From Fibrobacterales bacterium (GTDB lineage Bacteria > Fibrobacterota > Fibrobacteria > Fibrobacterales > JAOPTW01): a stretch of DNA of 64,000 nt. This document shows positions 26,392 to 37,593 of this stretch, one piece after another. The DNA is taken from assembly GCA_051532035.1 (NCBI GenBank), contig JAOPTW010000011.1, positions 62,043 to 126,042 on the forward strand, in the 5' to 3' direction. The position numbers and the translations under genes are program-made. Each line of letters begins with the position of its first letter. The first letter of the stretch is position 1. Under the pieces are notes generated by a model that did not search any database, had not been told where the DNA came from, and was given only the letters and a program-made list of their open reading frames with translations.

Positions 26392-27819
26392 ATGAAACTA
26401 CTCAGTTCAATTATTGGATTGATTTATTTTGCGATACTCTTTATAGGGTGTGATGCAAAAACCAATCCTCAACAGACAGAAATTACACCAGAAAAAACAA
26501 CACAGCATTCCATCGTTGATGATGGGAACCCCGACACCCATCTTTTTAAAATTGCACAACAGGATCAACAACTGGTAATTGTGTGTAATCATAAACATCA
26601 CAGAGTCACAGACGATACCTCTTCAGAAAGTATTGCAGCAAAACATGGTTCTACTGTAGCACAATTCAAATACACTTATCTTATAGATGACCAACAAATT
26701 AAATGGGTCACCGTACGGGTTGATGAATCAGTGCCGACATCGGGAGTAGACAATTGGCGCACTCAAATTAAAAAGTCTCTAAAAAAATGGAATGCCGTTT
26801 CTGGAACACGGGTGTTTTTAAAATACACAACAGCAGCAGAGGCTGATATAACGATACAGAGTGATGTGGATGGGGAGCTTCCTGATTATGCCCTCGGAAG
26901 TGCGTATTATCCACTCAGTAATAACACGCTCCATGGAACCCTTCGACTTAATTTAGATGCAATGGGGAACAGGCCCTTCTCAAGTGCCTTAAAAACACAA
27001 ATCGTTTCACATGAACTCGGTCACGCGTTAGGGCTCGGTCATACAAACTCTTCAGAGGGACCATATACTACTCATATTGCTGGAACTAAAATTAATGATG
27101 GCAAATCATTAATGAATACAACTACCTACCTACACATTGATGGTAATGGTGAATTAAATACTCATATTCTAGGTTTCACCCTTGGTGATATTGATGCAAT
27201 TCGTTTGCTCTATCCGGATTATAGCGCATCTCTAGCATGGGATAACACAAACGTGCTAATGTTTAAAGGTAATTCCTATGTAATGTATGATATCAGTACT
27301 AATACAATCGTAGGCACTGAGAAAAGTATTGAGAGCGACTGGCCGGGGCTTACTGATCACTTTGCTACTATTGATGCCGCTGTTCATTCACCATGGAACA
27401 AGAATAGGGTCTTTTTCTTTAGAGGGAACAAATGTATTGAATACCAAAAATCACCGCGTCAAATCATAAGTGGTCCTAAAAAAACAGGCACTGTTTGGCC
27501 CGGCTTAGGTGATATTGTTGTTCAAGCGGCAATTGCATCCCCATGGAATGCTAAACAACTCCTTTTCTTTTCGGGTAAAAACTACTATAAATATGTGCAT
27601 ACTAAAAAGGCCCTGAGTAAAAAGAGCCCTCAAAAAATCAAAGGAAAATGGGGCGACCTCAAATTCTCTACTATAGATAATGCATTCATTTCTGCTTCCG
27701 AAAACAACTCAATTTATTTCTTTAAAAACAGATCTTACAGCATGTTTGATACAGATCTTAGACAGCAAGAAGTAGGATTCCCTGCAATTGCCGAAGAGAA
27801 CTTAAGTGGATTGTATTAA
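26392..27819 (+). CDS. Matrixin-like (M10) zinc metalloprotease with a C-terminal four-blade hemopexin-like domain
   Basis: Lipobox ILFIGCD. Zinc site HELGHALGLGHT. The C-terminal ~200 aa contains four repeats of the hemopexin pattern (..FKGNSYVMYD.., DAAVHSPWNKNRVFFFRGNKCIEY, QAAIASPWNAKQLLFFSGKNYYKY, DNAFISASENNSIYFFKNRSYSMFD). Confidence 0.8.
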   Translation: MKLLSSIIGLIYFAILFIGCDAKTNPQQTEITPEKTTQHSIVDDGNPDTHLFKIAQQDQQLVIVCNHKHHRVTDDTSSESIAAKHGSTVAQFKYTYLIDDQQIKWVTVRVDESVPTSGVDNWRTQIKKSLKKWNAVSGTRVFLKYTTAAEADITIQSDVDGELPDYALGSAYYPLSNNTLHGTLRLNLDAMGNRPFSSALKTQIVSHELGHALGLGHTNSSEGPYTTHIAGTKINDGKSLMNTTTYLHIDGNGELNTHILGFTLGDIDAIRLLYPDYSASLAWDNTNVLMFKGNSYVMYDISTNTIVGTEKSIESDWPGLTDHFATIDAAVHSPWNKNRVFFFRGNKCIEYQKSPRQIISGPKKTGTVWPGLGDIVVQAAIASPWNAKQLLFFSGKNYYKYVHTKKALSKKSPQKIKGKWGDLKFSTIDNAFISASENNSIYFFKNRSYSMFDTDLRQQEVGFPAIAEENLSGLY

Positions 27820-27848
27820 TATCGTCTGAGTATCAATTTTTTAATTAC

Positions 27849-27875
27849 ACCGGGGTATTAATCCCCGGTTTTTAT
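27849..27875 (+). terminator. Rho-independent terminator
   Basis: Perfect 7-bp stem accgggg / ccccggt with a 7-nt loop, followed by ttttt. Confidence 0.85.
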
Positions 27876-27989
27876 TATAGGTTGAATAGATCAATAGTAA
27901 AACAACTCATTCTATTAAAAAACATCAAATTCAGAATATAAGTGAAGTTGTTCTCGTGAAAAGATCATACAATATAAACAGTTTATTAA

Positions 27990-29228
27990 ATGTATTGTTC
28001 TATGGAGCTTGACTTAAAAACAATTGTTGTAATGCATACAGTTCTCACAACCTGTATGACCTTCGTGTATTTTTCATATTGGAAAGTGCAGCGCTGTCAT
28101 CCTGGGTATGGGTTGTGGATGCAGAGTTTATTTGTGTTATCTTTTGCCGTTTGGGTGTATGTTGCTCGTGTTTCCATTCCTTTATGGGTTAGCGTAGGCG
28201 GAGCAAGCTTTCTCTTTGCACTAGCAGCGGTATTGAGGGCCGATTCTATTTCACGATTTGTAACAGGAAAAAGAACTCATAAATGGTCCTATAGTATTCC
28301 TTTTGTTTGTACGCTCTCTGCGCTCTATTTTGGATTTGTTGCTGACGTTTATGTGGGTCGAAATCTATCAGTTACCGCGCCTTTAGTGGTATTACTATCG
28401 TATATGATGATGGTATTACTCCAAAATGCAAAAGGGAGCGTGGCCTGGCTCTATAGAGGCGTTGCTTTTCTTACCTTTGTAAAAGCAGTTATGTTGATCA
28501 CTCGATTTGTATATAATACTAAATATGGGTATGAAATGGATCTTTCACAAGACAACATTATTGCCACTCTTTTCTTTATTCTCGTGGCGTTAGAAGTTCT
28601 CGAAGCAACTGTATTTTTACTCTTAAATATGCAGCGCAGTGAACTGCTGTTATCGGAGTCAAATAAGGAACTTACTGAAAGTGAAAATCGCTTTCATTCT
28701 CTTTCGGATGCTTCATTTGAAGGGGTAGCTATTGTAGAAAACGAGAAAGTTATAGAGGTAAATTCAAGCTTTATAGCTATGTATGGCTTTAATGATGCAT
28801 CTGAAGTGGTGGGTAAAGAGTTTTCGGAATTTATCCCTCACAACAAATATGAAAGAGTGATGTTACGATTGAATTCAGATGAAAATTCTCCTTATGAATC
28901 TGAGGGATTAAAAAAAGATAAATCTATTATACCTGTAGAATATAATGGAAAACCATTTGAATATAAAGACAGTCTACTCCGTATAATTGCGGTAAAAGAT
29001 ATGAGTAGACAAGTAGCTGCCGAAAAAGAGATAAAAGACCTTAAAGGTATATTGCCTCTCTGTAGTTACTGTAATAAAATTAAAGATGATGAAGGTAATT
29101 GGGAAAAAGTAGATCAATATATTCAACATAATTCACAAGCTGATATAAGTCATAGTCTATGCCCAACCTGCCTTAAGCAAAATTACCCGGATGAGTACGA
29201 AAAAATGAAAGGTCTCGATGGTATTTAA
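27990..29228 (+). CDS. 7TM-PAS sensor protein with a C-terminal CxxC...CxxC zinc-ribbon-like tail and no recognisable enzymatic output domain
   Basis: Seven hydrophobic helices in aa 10-215. PAS-like segment (FHSLSDASFEGVAIVENEKVIEVNSSF...). Tail: LPLCSYCNKIKDDEGNWEKVDQYIQHNSQADISHSLCPTCL. The start could instead be ATG 28002. Confidence 0.75.
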   Translation: MYCSMELDLKTIVVMHTVLTTCMTFVYFSYWKVQRCHPGYGLWMQSLFVLSFAVWVYVARVSIPLWVSVGGASFLFALAAVLRADSISRFVTGKRTHKWSYSIPFVCTLSALYFGFVADVYVGRNLSVTAPLVVLLSYMMMVLLQNAKGSVAWLYRGVAFLTFVKAVMLITRFVYNTKYGYEMDLSQDNIIATLFFILVALEVLEATVFLLLNMQRSELLLSESNKELTESENRFHSLSDASFEGVAIVENEKVIEVNSSFIAMYGFNDASEVVGKEFSEFIPHNKYERVMLRLNSDENSPYESEGLKKDKSIIPVEYNGKPFEYKDSLLRIIAVKDMSRQVAAEKEIKDLKGILPLCSYCNKIKDDEGNWEKVDQYIQHNSQADISHSLCPTCLKQNYPDEYEKMKGLDGI

Positions 29229-29598
29229 TAGGGCAGACAATCTTATTCATTACTATCGTTCCTGAACCATTATTAACTGGTATCTCCATAAACACCGATG
29301 GATAATTCTCTGCTTACACCGATATAATGCGCTTGTTTCTAGTGTTTGTTTAGGTAGCAGGAAACGTCAAATAAATACCTCATTTAATACCAATTTGTAA
29401 TATTGGAGTCATGAATGCTCGATAGGGCCTTTAAATGGGGGTGTTATCCTAAAACAACACATCATTACTTTGTTTTTAAAGCCTCCGGGTATTTTCAAAG
29501 ATGCATAAATTGATGAATTGTTATACACTAAAGGGAGTAGTTAATAATTGATGAGTTAATACTATTTGCTCTTTCAAAAAATACTGAGAAGGATCAGT

Positions 29599-32500
29599 AT
29601 GAAATTATGGTCGAAAGTATTCATAGGTTTAGGAACAGTGATTGTGTTGTTGATCACTCTTGCCGGAACTGGAATATTCAGTCTCTCTGACGCAAATAAT
29701 AATTTTAAGGAATATCGATCCCTAGCGCGAAAAACTAATGCAGATGGCCGGATTCAGGCAAATATGCTTATGACACGGTTGTACGTTAAGAATTTTATCA
29801 TTAACCCCAGTGAAGAGAATATCAAAGGGGTTACTGCTCGTGCAAAGAAAACAATAACAATGATAGAAGAAGCTCATGCCCTCGAATTAGATTCTTTAGA
29901 AAATAATATGGTACATATTCTCAATAATGAACTTGATGACTACGTCCTTATTTTTGGAGAGGTAGTGAAAAAACACGCAAGAAGAGATGACCTTGTCTTA
30001 AATACTCTTAATCTTGTTGGCCCAAATATGGAGAGGGGCCTCACTACAATAATGGCCAGTGCTTTTGCTGATTCGGACAATCAAGCTTCATATTGGGCAG
30101 GAATGACACTACGAAGTATGTTGCTTGCACGCATCTATGCAACACGGTATCTTGTCCAAAATGATAAACAATCTTTTAAGCGTGTTGAAGTAGAATTTGA
30201 AAATATGGAAACTGAGTTAAATGAACTGATAGATCATCTTGAAAATCCCTATCGGCTATTACTTGCTAAAAGAGTTAAGAAAGACCAACAAACCTATCGT
30301 GATGCTTTTAAAGAAGTGTACCAATCAATTTCAAATCGCAATAATCTTATTAAAAATAGATTGGATAAAATAGGGCCCTATGTAGCAGATGAGATTGAGC
30401 AACTGAAGTTATCACTTAAAGATCAACAGGATGAACTGGGACCAATTGCAGAACAATCGGTAAACCGTGGGGTTAACATAATGATTGTTGTCTCGCTTAT
30501 TTCTTTAGTGTTTGGTGGAGTAATCATCTGGCTAACAGGTTTAAGGGTGGCACAACCTCTTAAAAAGATTACCCTTGCAATGGATGTGTTGGCTAAAGGG
30601 GATACAACTGTAGAGATACCCTATACCCAGAACCATGATGAAATTGGTGATATGGCAAAGGCAGCAACTATTTTTAGAGATAATATGATACAGGTTCAGA
30701 CTCTCACTGAAGTACAGGCAACATCGATGAATGAACTTGAAGAAAAAGTGGCTGAGCGAACAGGGGAGTTTGAGAAAGCAAAAATTGAGGCTGAATCTGC
30801 GAATGAAGCGAAATCAAATTTTCTCGCCAATATGTCACATGAAATTCGTACACCAATGAACGCAGTGTTAGGCCTTAATCACCTTCTTGCAAAAACAACC
30901 CTCACTGATAAACAAGTGGATTATGTACACAAAATTGGTGAATCAGCCCAAGGCCTATTGGGGATAATAAATGACATACTTGATTTCTCAAAAATTGAGG
31001 CGGGTAAACTCGATATAGAAGAGATAGATTTTGAGTTGGACTCTGTTATAGATAATGTATCAAATATGATCTTAATGAAAGCGCAGGAACGAGACATTGA
31101 GCTGATATTCTCTGTAGCCCCAGAAATACCACCGGTCTTGGTAGGAGATCCATTGAGACTCGGTCAGGTGTTATTAAACTTAGCCAATAATGCTCTCAAG
31201 TTTACCGAATCAGGGGAAATTAAATTTAATGTTACAAGTGAAGAAAAAGGTGATGACTTTATTAAACTTGGCTTTAGCATTACCGATACTGGGATTGGCA
31301 TGACTGATGCACAACAAGAAAAACTTTTTAAGGCATTCACGCAAGCTGATAGCTCAACTACTCGAAAATTTGGTGGTACCGGCCTCGGTCTCAGTATTTC
31401 CAAACGACTTACAGAAATGATGGGTGGCGAAATTGGAGTTACCAGTAAAAAAGGTGAAGGGAGTTGTTTCTTTTTTAATGCAGTGTTTAAAATTAGTGAT
31501 GCAATAATTGAACAAAAATATGTCATACCTGATGGGATAGAAGGAATGAAAGTATTAGTCGTTGATGACAATGACTCCGCCTTACAAGTCATGGATGCTT
31601 ATTTGACAGACTTCTCTATTAATGCGACCTGTGTATCTGATGGGATACACGCACTTGAGATGGTAGCTCAAAAGAATAATGATGAAGAGACCGCCTATCA
31701 AGTAATATTTTTGGATTGGCAAATGCCTGGAATGAATGGCATAGAAGTTGCCCGTGAGGTCAAAGGAATGAACTTGGTAGTACAGCCTAAAATAGTTTTG
31801 GTAACCAGTTATGGGCGAGAAGAAATTAAGGACCAGAGTGACAGCCTCATGCTGGATAGCTTCTTATTAAAGCCGGTGGGACAGTCATTGATTTATGACA
31901 CCATACTAGAAGTGTTTAATTTCACTGAACTCAGTCCAAAAAGATTCAACAAGACTCATAGTATCCCTAACGTTGAAAGGATTCGTGGTGCATCAATACT
32001 ATTAGTTGAAGACAATGAAATAAACCAACAAGTTGCACAGGAATTACTAGAGGCCGAAGGATTGCTGGTTACTGTAGCAGACTCTGGACAACATGCTTTG
32101 GATGTATTGAATGGAGATAGAAATTTTCATTTGATACTGATGGATTTACAAATGCCGGGCATGGGTGGGATAGAGGCGACTACTCATATTCGTAAAAAAT
32201 ATGGGAACGGGCTTCCCATTATCGCTATGACTGCAGATGCAATGAGTGGTGTTGAAGAAGAGGTCTATTCAGTAGGTATGAATGGCTATATTACCAAACC
32301 TATCGATGTATCAATACTTTTTGATCACCTGTTACAGTTTATAGATGGTGATGAAATCTCTGAAGGTGACCGTTTAAAGGGGGGGCAACAAAGTACCCTC
32401 TCTAAAAATACTGATGCAACAGCGTTAGAAGTTACAGGTATAAATACCGTCGATGGTATAAATCGAGTAGCCGGAAACAGGAAGTTATACACCTCCTTAC

Positions 32501-33006
32501 TCAAAAAATTCATGGATAATAATCAAAGTTTTATGATTGATATTACCCAATCTATTGATGCCGGAGATTTTGAAGCGGCCGCAAGAATTGCTCATTCTCT
32601 TAAAGGAGTCTCAGGGAATATTGGGGCGGAACGTATATTTGATAGAGTACGTCGTTTAGAGGGGTTTTTAAAGGAGCCTTCGCCAGATAAAACGATAGTA
32701 GAAAGTCACCTGGAAACAATTGGCAGGGAATTAAAAACGGTCTTTGAAAGTATTTCAGATAATCTCGATAGTATGGGCGTTTCCAATGCCGACATATCAA
32801 TAGAAAATGACCCGACGATTCTACTGGCCCGATTAAAAGTTGAGTTAGAAGAGTACAGTGTTAATAGTGATACAACTTTTAATACTTTAAAACCCTGGCT
32901 TGCTAAACAGTTCAACACAGAAGATATGCTCGCGATACAAAATGCAATAGAAGAGTATGCTTATGATACGGCAATTGATCTTCTAGAAAATATTGGGCGT
33001 GCATAG
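29599..33006 (+). CDS. Hybrid sensor histidine kinase (periplasmic helical sensor, HAMP, HisKA, HATPase, two receiver domains, Hpt)
   Basis: The track start 29566 is TTG. ATG 29599 has an AAGGA RBS. H-box [10 protein letters not shown]-boxes DTGIGM and GGTGLGLSI. Receivers [22 protein letters not shown] and [22 protein letters not shown]. Hpt motif [13 protein letters not shown]. Confidence 0.9.
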   Translation: MKLWSKVFIGLGTVIVLLITLAGTGIFSLSDANNNFKEYRSLARKTNADGRIQANMLMTRLYVKNFIINPSEENIKGVTARAKKTITMIEEAHALELDSLENNMVHILNNELDDYVLIFGEVVKKHARRDDLVLNTLNLVGPNMERGLTTIMASAFADSDNQASYWAGMTLRSMLLARIYATRYLVQNDKQSFKRVEVEFENMETELNELIDHLENPYRLLLAKRVKKDQQTYRDAFKEVYQSISNRNNLIKNRLDKIGPYVADEIEQLKLSLKDQQDELGPIAEQSVNRGVNIMIVVSLISLVFGGVIIWLTGLRVAQPLKKITLAMDVLAKGDTTVEIPYTQNHDEIGDMAKAATIFRDNMIQVQTLTEVQATSMNELEEKVAERTGEFEKAKIEAESANEAKSNFLANMSHEIRTPMNAVLGLNHLLAKTTLTDKQVDYVHKIGESAQGLLGIINDILDFSKIEAGKLDIEEIDFELDSVIDNVSNMILMKAQERDIELIFSVAPEIPPVLVGDPLRLGQVLLNLANNALKFTESGEIKFNVTSEEKGDDFIKLGFSITDTGIGMTDAQQEKLFKAFTQADSSTTRKFGGTGLGLSISKRLTEMMGGEIGVTSKKGEGSCFFFNAVFKISDAIIEQKYVIPDGIEGMKVLVVDDNDSALQVMDAYLTDFSINATCVSDGIHALEMVAQKNNDEETAYQVIFLDWQMPGMNGIEVAREVKGMNLVVQPKIVLVTSYGREEIKDQSDSLMLDSFLLKPVGQSLIYDTILEVFNFTELSPKRFNKTHSIPNVERIRGASILLVEDNEINQQVAQELLEAEGLLVTVADSGQHALDVLNGDRNFHLILMDLQMPGMGGIEATTHIRKKYGNGLPIIAMTADAMSGVEEEVYSVGMNGYITKPIDVSILFDHLLQFIDGDEISEGDRLKGGQQSTLSKNTDATALEVTGINTVDGINRVAGNRKLYTSLLKKFMDNNQSFMIDITQSIDAGDFEAAARIAHSLKGVSGNIGAERIFDRVRRLEGFLKEPSPDKTIVESHLETIGRELKTVFESISDNLDSMGVSNADISIENDPTILLARLKVELEEYSVNSDTTFNTLKPWLAKQFNTEDMLAIQNAIEEYAYDTAIDLLENIGRA

Positions 33007-33138
33007 AGGCAACGTTTCACCAAAATAAACCCATATTTTGGCTATAATCTACGTTGTCCCTGTATATATTCTTCTTTACTCTTTACGGCATTTGACTTTA
33101 AAATACTGAAATAGTATAATAATGTCAATAAGGCAGAT

Positions 33139-34701
33139 ATGATGAAGGAATTACTACGAAGGTTTTGTAATCAAGGTAATGCGCGAGGTTTCATTCTTGT
33201 CTTTAGTTTTAGTGCATTTCTTTTTCAGATTGGGTTGGCGGCTTATATATATAGGCATTATGTAATTCACTCGGAAGAAGATGCATCACAACTCTTTGAA
33301 GTTGGACAGATACAAAAAGCAATAGAAGAGCGCTTTTATCATATTGGTAGTGACCTTAGGTATCTAGTAAAAATAGATCTTACCCCCTTTATATTTTCTG
33401 ATACTCGCAACACATTGGTCAAAGCGAGCCTTACTTCACTTGCATCATCTATCATGGAGCGCTATTCTTACGACCAGATACGATGGATTGATACCAGTGG
33501 GCAGGAGGTATTACGAATTAATTACGATTCTGATTTAAATACACCATATAGAGTACCAGATTCTTTGCTTCAAAATAAGAGAACGCGATACTATGTTACT
33601 GAGACATTTGAGGCTGCTGGTAAGATATTTATTTCTCCAATAGATTTGAATGTTGAGCATGATGTCGTTGAAAAACCAATTAAGCCAATGATCAGAATTG
33701 CAAAGGCCGTGGTTGATAAAGCAGGAAATACTCTAGGTATGGTAATTCTTAATTATCGCATGAATGATCTTCTTCACACTCTAGATGAATTGAATGCACA
33801 TGAGGGTGATCAATTACTGTTATTAAATTTAGATGGCTATTATTTAAAGGGATTGAATCGTGCGCATGAGTTTCGCTTTATGTATCCCGATCTCGAACAG
33901 GTCACTTTTTCAACAGATAATCCTGAACTATGGAAACATGTATTAACATCAGATAGTATTATCTCTCATAAAAGTGGAAATTGGTATATCAAAAAAATAT
34001 TCCCTTACAAAGGAGTTGAATTTGCGAGCATAGATAAAAGATGGTATTTATACCTCGTTATGCATAAGCCAGAAAAGATGGTTCACAAACTTGATTATAG
34101 CTTGTTGATGACTTTGGCTGGCTCCGGAGGAATACTGTTACCCTTATTGATGTTTCTTGGTTGGAAATTAGGAAAGTACCAAGCAAGAGAGCTGGCTCAT
34201 TTGGCAAAATTAAAACGTGAAGCTACGCTTGATGATTTCACCGGTGTTTATAATAGGCGTGGGGGAAATAAGAAACTCGCAGATCTCTTTGATATATTTC
34301 AAAGAATTAAAGGGCGTTTTGCAATCGCATTTGTCGATATCAACAATCTAAAGTATACAAATGATGTACTGGGGCACGAAGAAGGCGACTTGCTTATAAA
34401 AGGTGTGGCACTGATACTCAATCAGCGTCAGAGAAAAATAGACTTTGTAACTCGTCTTGGAGGCGATGAATTTTTAGTCGTATTTATTGATTGTGGGGAA
34501 GGTGATGCAATCAGAATTATGAGCACTATACAAGAACAGATCATTGACCTAGGGCGGATTCGTGAAAGAGATTGGAGTATTAGTTTTGGGTGTGTAGAAA
34601 ATAAAGGGTACACTGCTGTTGATGATATTATAAGAGAGGCGGATATCAGAATGTACCAGTTTAAACAACAATATAAGGCGACAGAAGGGAGGAACAAATA
34701 A
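33139..34701 (+). CDS. Diguanylate cyclase (GGDEF) with an N-terminal Cache-like periplasmic sensor
   Basis: Two TM helices flank a ~290-aa sensor. GGDEF domain with DDFTGVYNRRG and the active-site motif RLGGDEFLVVF. Confidence 0.85.
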   Translation: MMKELLRRFCNQGNARGFILVFSFSAFLFQIGLAAYIYRHYVIHSEEDASQLFEVGQIQKAIEERFYHIGSDLRYLVKIDLTPFIFSDTRNTLVKASLTSLASSIMERYSYDQIRWIDTSGQEVLRINYDSDLNTPYRVPDSLLQNKRTRYYVTETFEAAGKIFISPIDLNVEHDVVEKPIKPMIRIAKAVVDKAGNTLGMVILNYRMNDLLHTLDELNAHEGDQLLLLNLDGYYLKGLNRAHEFRFMYPDLEQVTFSTDNPELWKHVLTSDSIISHKSGNWYIKKIFPYKGVEFASIDKRWYLYLVMHKPEKMVHKLDYSLLMTLAGSGGILLPLLMFLGWKLGKYQARELAHLAKLKREATLDDFTGVYNRRGGNKKLADLFDIFQRIKGRFAIAFVDINNLKYTNDVLGHEEGDLLIKGVALILNQRQRKIDFVTRLGGDEFLVVFIDCGEGDAIRIMSTIQEQIIDLGRIRERDWSISFGCVENKGYTAVDDIIREADIRMYQFKQQYKATEGRNK

Positions 34702-35402
34702 TGGAGTTGCATAGTTATTTGTATTTAAGCTTTCTGGTTCTGTATGTTTGTTGGGCTTTATTCAACCTTTATACATTATATACTGGTAGTTGTAAAATGT
34801 ATTTCTATTTAACAGGTTTGCCAATTGCGCTCTCACTACTTACACTATCAGCATACAATGGTTTAAGTGCTGAAAATGTTCAGAGTTATATTCTATCCCG
34901 ATATTTATATTATGGCTCAGCTACAGGTATCGCTTTGTTTATACTTTTGCTCATTGGAGAATTATCTACTGGAAGTCTCGCTAAACTGCGCTCTCTATGT
35001 ATTACATTGTTTTTAACGTTACTATGTGTACTCTATTGGGAGCTTACCGTTTCACCAGCATCCTACATTCTATACGAGATTGATACCTTTGTAGGGAAAG
35101 TTACATCTATAGATGCTGTTATGAAACCTAGATGGGTACATGCTGGTTTGTTTGTTTTGATGAATTTACTTTTGTTGTTGGGTATAAAAGTAGCGTATAA
35201 GGTAATTGAATTAGATAGTGTAAAAGGTGTCTGGTTTTTCCTGTGGTATGCATTGTTCTGGATGATGTTTTGGTCAAATCTTTTTTACGAATTTAATATG
35301 GTCCCAATCAGTGTCAGTTGTGTTTTAATGTCAATACCTCTATTGCTTGTTCAAAAGTATGTGTCAACCTATTATTGTTGTAAGAATAAAGGTGAGGCAT
35401 AA
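34701..35402 (+). CDS. Polytopic membrane protein, translationally coupled to the GGDEF gene
   Basis: Its ATG overlaps the last base of the upstream stop (aaaTAATGg). About 7 hydrophobic helices. No known motif. Confidence 0.6.
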   Translation: MELHSYLYLSFLVLYVCWALFNLYTLYTGSCKMYFYLTGLPIALSLLTLSAYNGLSAENVQSYILSRYLYYGSATGIALFILLLIGELSTGSLAKLRSLCITLFLTLLCVLYWELTVSPASYILYEIDTFVGKVTSIDAVMKPRWVHAGLFVLMNLLLLLGIKVAYKVIELDSVKGVWFFLWYALFWMMFWSNLFYEFNMVPISVSCVLMSIPLLLVQKYVSTYYCCKNKGEA

Positions 35403-35457
35403 AAATATTCCCTGTTAGCACAAGTAATCATTATGTTAAATCATACCCATGCCTGTC

Positions 35458-35598
35458 CTAAGCCAACGTTTCCTTGTCGTTCTTATCCTCTTCACCCATC
35501 GCCTTCAACCTTTTCTTCTCCTTGTGGTAACACTCTCCCCAATACTCTTTATTAACCTCATCACCGTTTGCGCTCGTTCTACTGTTAATCTCGTACAT
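35458..35598 (-). pseudogene. 46-codon chimeric remnant combining a piece related to gene 41348..41851 with the tail of the 272-aa multi-copy family
   Basis: My translation: MYEINSRTSANGDEVNKEYWGECYHKEKKRLKAMGEEDKNDKETLA*. Nucleotides 35519-35570 are ~80% identical to 41431-41480 (GDEFSKEYWEECYHK). Nucleotides 35455-35515 are ~75% identical to the 3' ends at 54658 and 58202 (..KKKRLKA.G..GK.RLA*). Confidence 0.5.
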
Positions 35599-35725
35599 CT
35601 ATGACCGTAAAATATATGGTCTACAGGTTCCAACAATTAATTAACGTTAAGGAAAGTATAGCTGAGAAGTAGTATTGCCACTCTGTTGCGAAAGTATTCT
35701 CCAAACAATAGAGTGCACTCATACC

Positions 35726-37477
35726 TTATCGGATAATCAAAGATGATGGGAGTGCACTGTCATTAGTATACATATAGAGACCAGGGGAGAGGCGATCAAC
35801 CATGCCACGATGTATGGCGCCCTGGTATATCTTTGTTCCAGTGATGGTGTAGAGCGCTCCACGCAGTGGGAGGTCGGTTTGGATGTTGATCTCTCTATAC
35901 AGGGTACTGATACCTTCTGAAGAGTCGAGGGATGATGAGAGGCCTTTGCCTGCAGCAGATTCTTCAGATTGTGAAGAGAGGAGCTCGATACTACTTGATA
36001 CCAAAACATCTAGAGTGGAACTCTCTACTTGGGTACTATCAATGGGGGTTTCCGGGGCGTCTATCAGCCGTGATCGAGCAATTGTCAACACTTTGGGATG
36101 TGCAAACGTTTTGGTTAGATGGTCGGCGCTGTTATCTTCAAATGTTCTGTCGGCCCAGGTTGACCACCATGCCCAAGGGGCATCTTCTGTAAAGAGGGCA
36201 TCAATGGTAGGGATTGAGCCATTCTCTGTCATAGCTACCATTTTTTCTCCGTTACCTAAGTCGTAGTGTTGATCAAAGAGGCTCTTTTGGGAGCCATAGT
36301 TAAAAGGCTCGGGGTATGAATCGTATCCGATAATGTCTACCATGTTGTTTCCGGGGTACCACTCTTCTTCTGGAGTAGACCATATCCAGATTAAATTGTG
36401 AATGCGGTGATAGGTGGTGAGTCGCTCATAAAGAATACCCCAAAGAGTAATGGCTGCTTCGGGTCCGTGTGCCCCCCACCAAAACCATCCGCCTCCTGCT
36501 TCATGGAGTGGCCGCCAGAGAACAGGGATTTTTTGGGCAGCAAGGCGTTTGAGTTGTATTGCTATTGAATCGATATCTTCAATGATGGCGCTGTATTCTT
36601 GCGTACCCTCGGTAATAGCCTGTCTCACATCAAAGTCGGTATTGATGGTGTAGAAATTATTTACCCCGGCGGTTGTGGCAATAGGGGTGTGCCAGTGCCA
36701 GGTGAGCTCTACCATTCCTCTGCCTTTGGTGCTGCTCTGCCACTCAATAATACCCTCAACCTCTGTTGTGAGGGCACCTACATAGCCAAGGACATGGGTA
36801 TCCTCTTCCCAAAACCATGGGTTGAGTGTACTATAATTAGAGAGATCAAAAGACCGGAGCAGTGGCTGGTCATTAATGAGCGTCGTTAATTGGGTGTAGT
36901 TTGGATGGTCACCATCAAAATCCTTTCGTGTGTCATGTATGCCAGAGATTATATGAGAGCCATATCCAGACCGTATCCGATCGTATAGGGCTTGGGTGTA
37001 TGGCGTGATGTTGGGGTCGATAAGTGTTGATGTTGGAGTATAGCTGTTGGCAGGCCGCGGTGATAGCATACAGGCATCTACAAAAACCCATCCCCAGTCT
37101 TTTATGATTGCTATGGTATTCGTGCCACTCTTCAGCCATATACCGCCAATAGATACGGTGTCAAATGCGTTGTTTTGTTGAGTCACCAGGAGCCCTGATG
37201 CTTGGCCATTAACCTGAATTATTTGAGTTTTGTCTCCGAAAGGAGCAGCGTAGATGATGGAGAGTTGGTAACTCCCTGGAGAATTGATTTCGACAGTGAG
37301 TGTGAGTGTATCGGTATCTCCGGAAAAATTGCCGACATAGCCGCTCCCAGAATATCCAGTGAGTGAAGACTCAATGGTGAGGGAGCTTGTAGACAGTCCT
37401 TCTTCGGCCTCTAACAGTATCGGAGAGGAGAAAAGAGGTAGGGAAATAAAGAGCACTAGTTGTAATAGGGTTTTCAT
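35726..37477 (-). CDS. GH26 beta-mannanase with an N-terminal CBM35/CBM6-like module and a T9SS-type C-terminal sorting domain
   Basis: Signal peptide. CBM pattern LEAEEG...GYSGSGYVGNF. GH26 catalytic contexts WRPLHEAGGGWFWWG and VAMTENGS. The Ser-rich linker is followed by the tail ..GALYTITGTKIYQG...LSPGLYMYT... Confidence 0.85.
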   Translation of the reverse strand: MKTLLQLVLFISLPLFSSPILLEAEEGLSTSSLTIESSLTGYSGSGYVGNFSGDTDTLTLTVEINSPGSYQLSIIYAAPFGDKTQIIQVNGQASGLLVTQQNNAFDTVSIGGIWLKSGTNTIAIIKDWGWVFVDACMLSPRPANSYTPTSTLIDPNITPYTQALYDRIRSGYGSHIISGIHDTRKDFDGDHPNYTQLTTLINDQPLLRSFDLSNYSTLNPWFWEEDTHVLGYVGALTTEVEGIIEWQSSTKGRGMVELTWHWHTPIATTAGVNNFYTINTDFDVRQAITEGTQEYSAIIEDIDSIAIQLKRLAAQKIPVLWRPLHEAGGGWFWWGAHGPEAAITLWGILYERLTTYHRIHNLIWIWSTPEEEWYPGNNMVDIIGYDSYPEPFNYGSQKSLFDQHYDLGNGEKMVAMTENGSIPTIDALFTEDAPWAWWSTWADRTFEDNSADHLTKTFAHPKVLTIARSRLIDAPETPIDSTQVESSTLDVLVSSSIELLSSQSEESAAGKGLSSSLDSSEGISTLYREINIQTDLPLRGALYTITGTKIYQGAIHRGMVDRLSPGLYMYTNDSALPSSLIIR

Positions 37478-37593
37478 AGGGTAGTGTGTAAAATGGTCTG
37501 CCTATCATTAGTTGTTATTTATGTGAAGAGGTTCACATTTTTATCTCTCAATTTGATTGGTCCCAAGGTTACTCTTCCATAATGCTACAAAAT

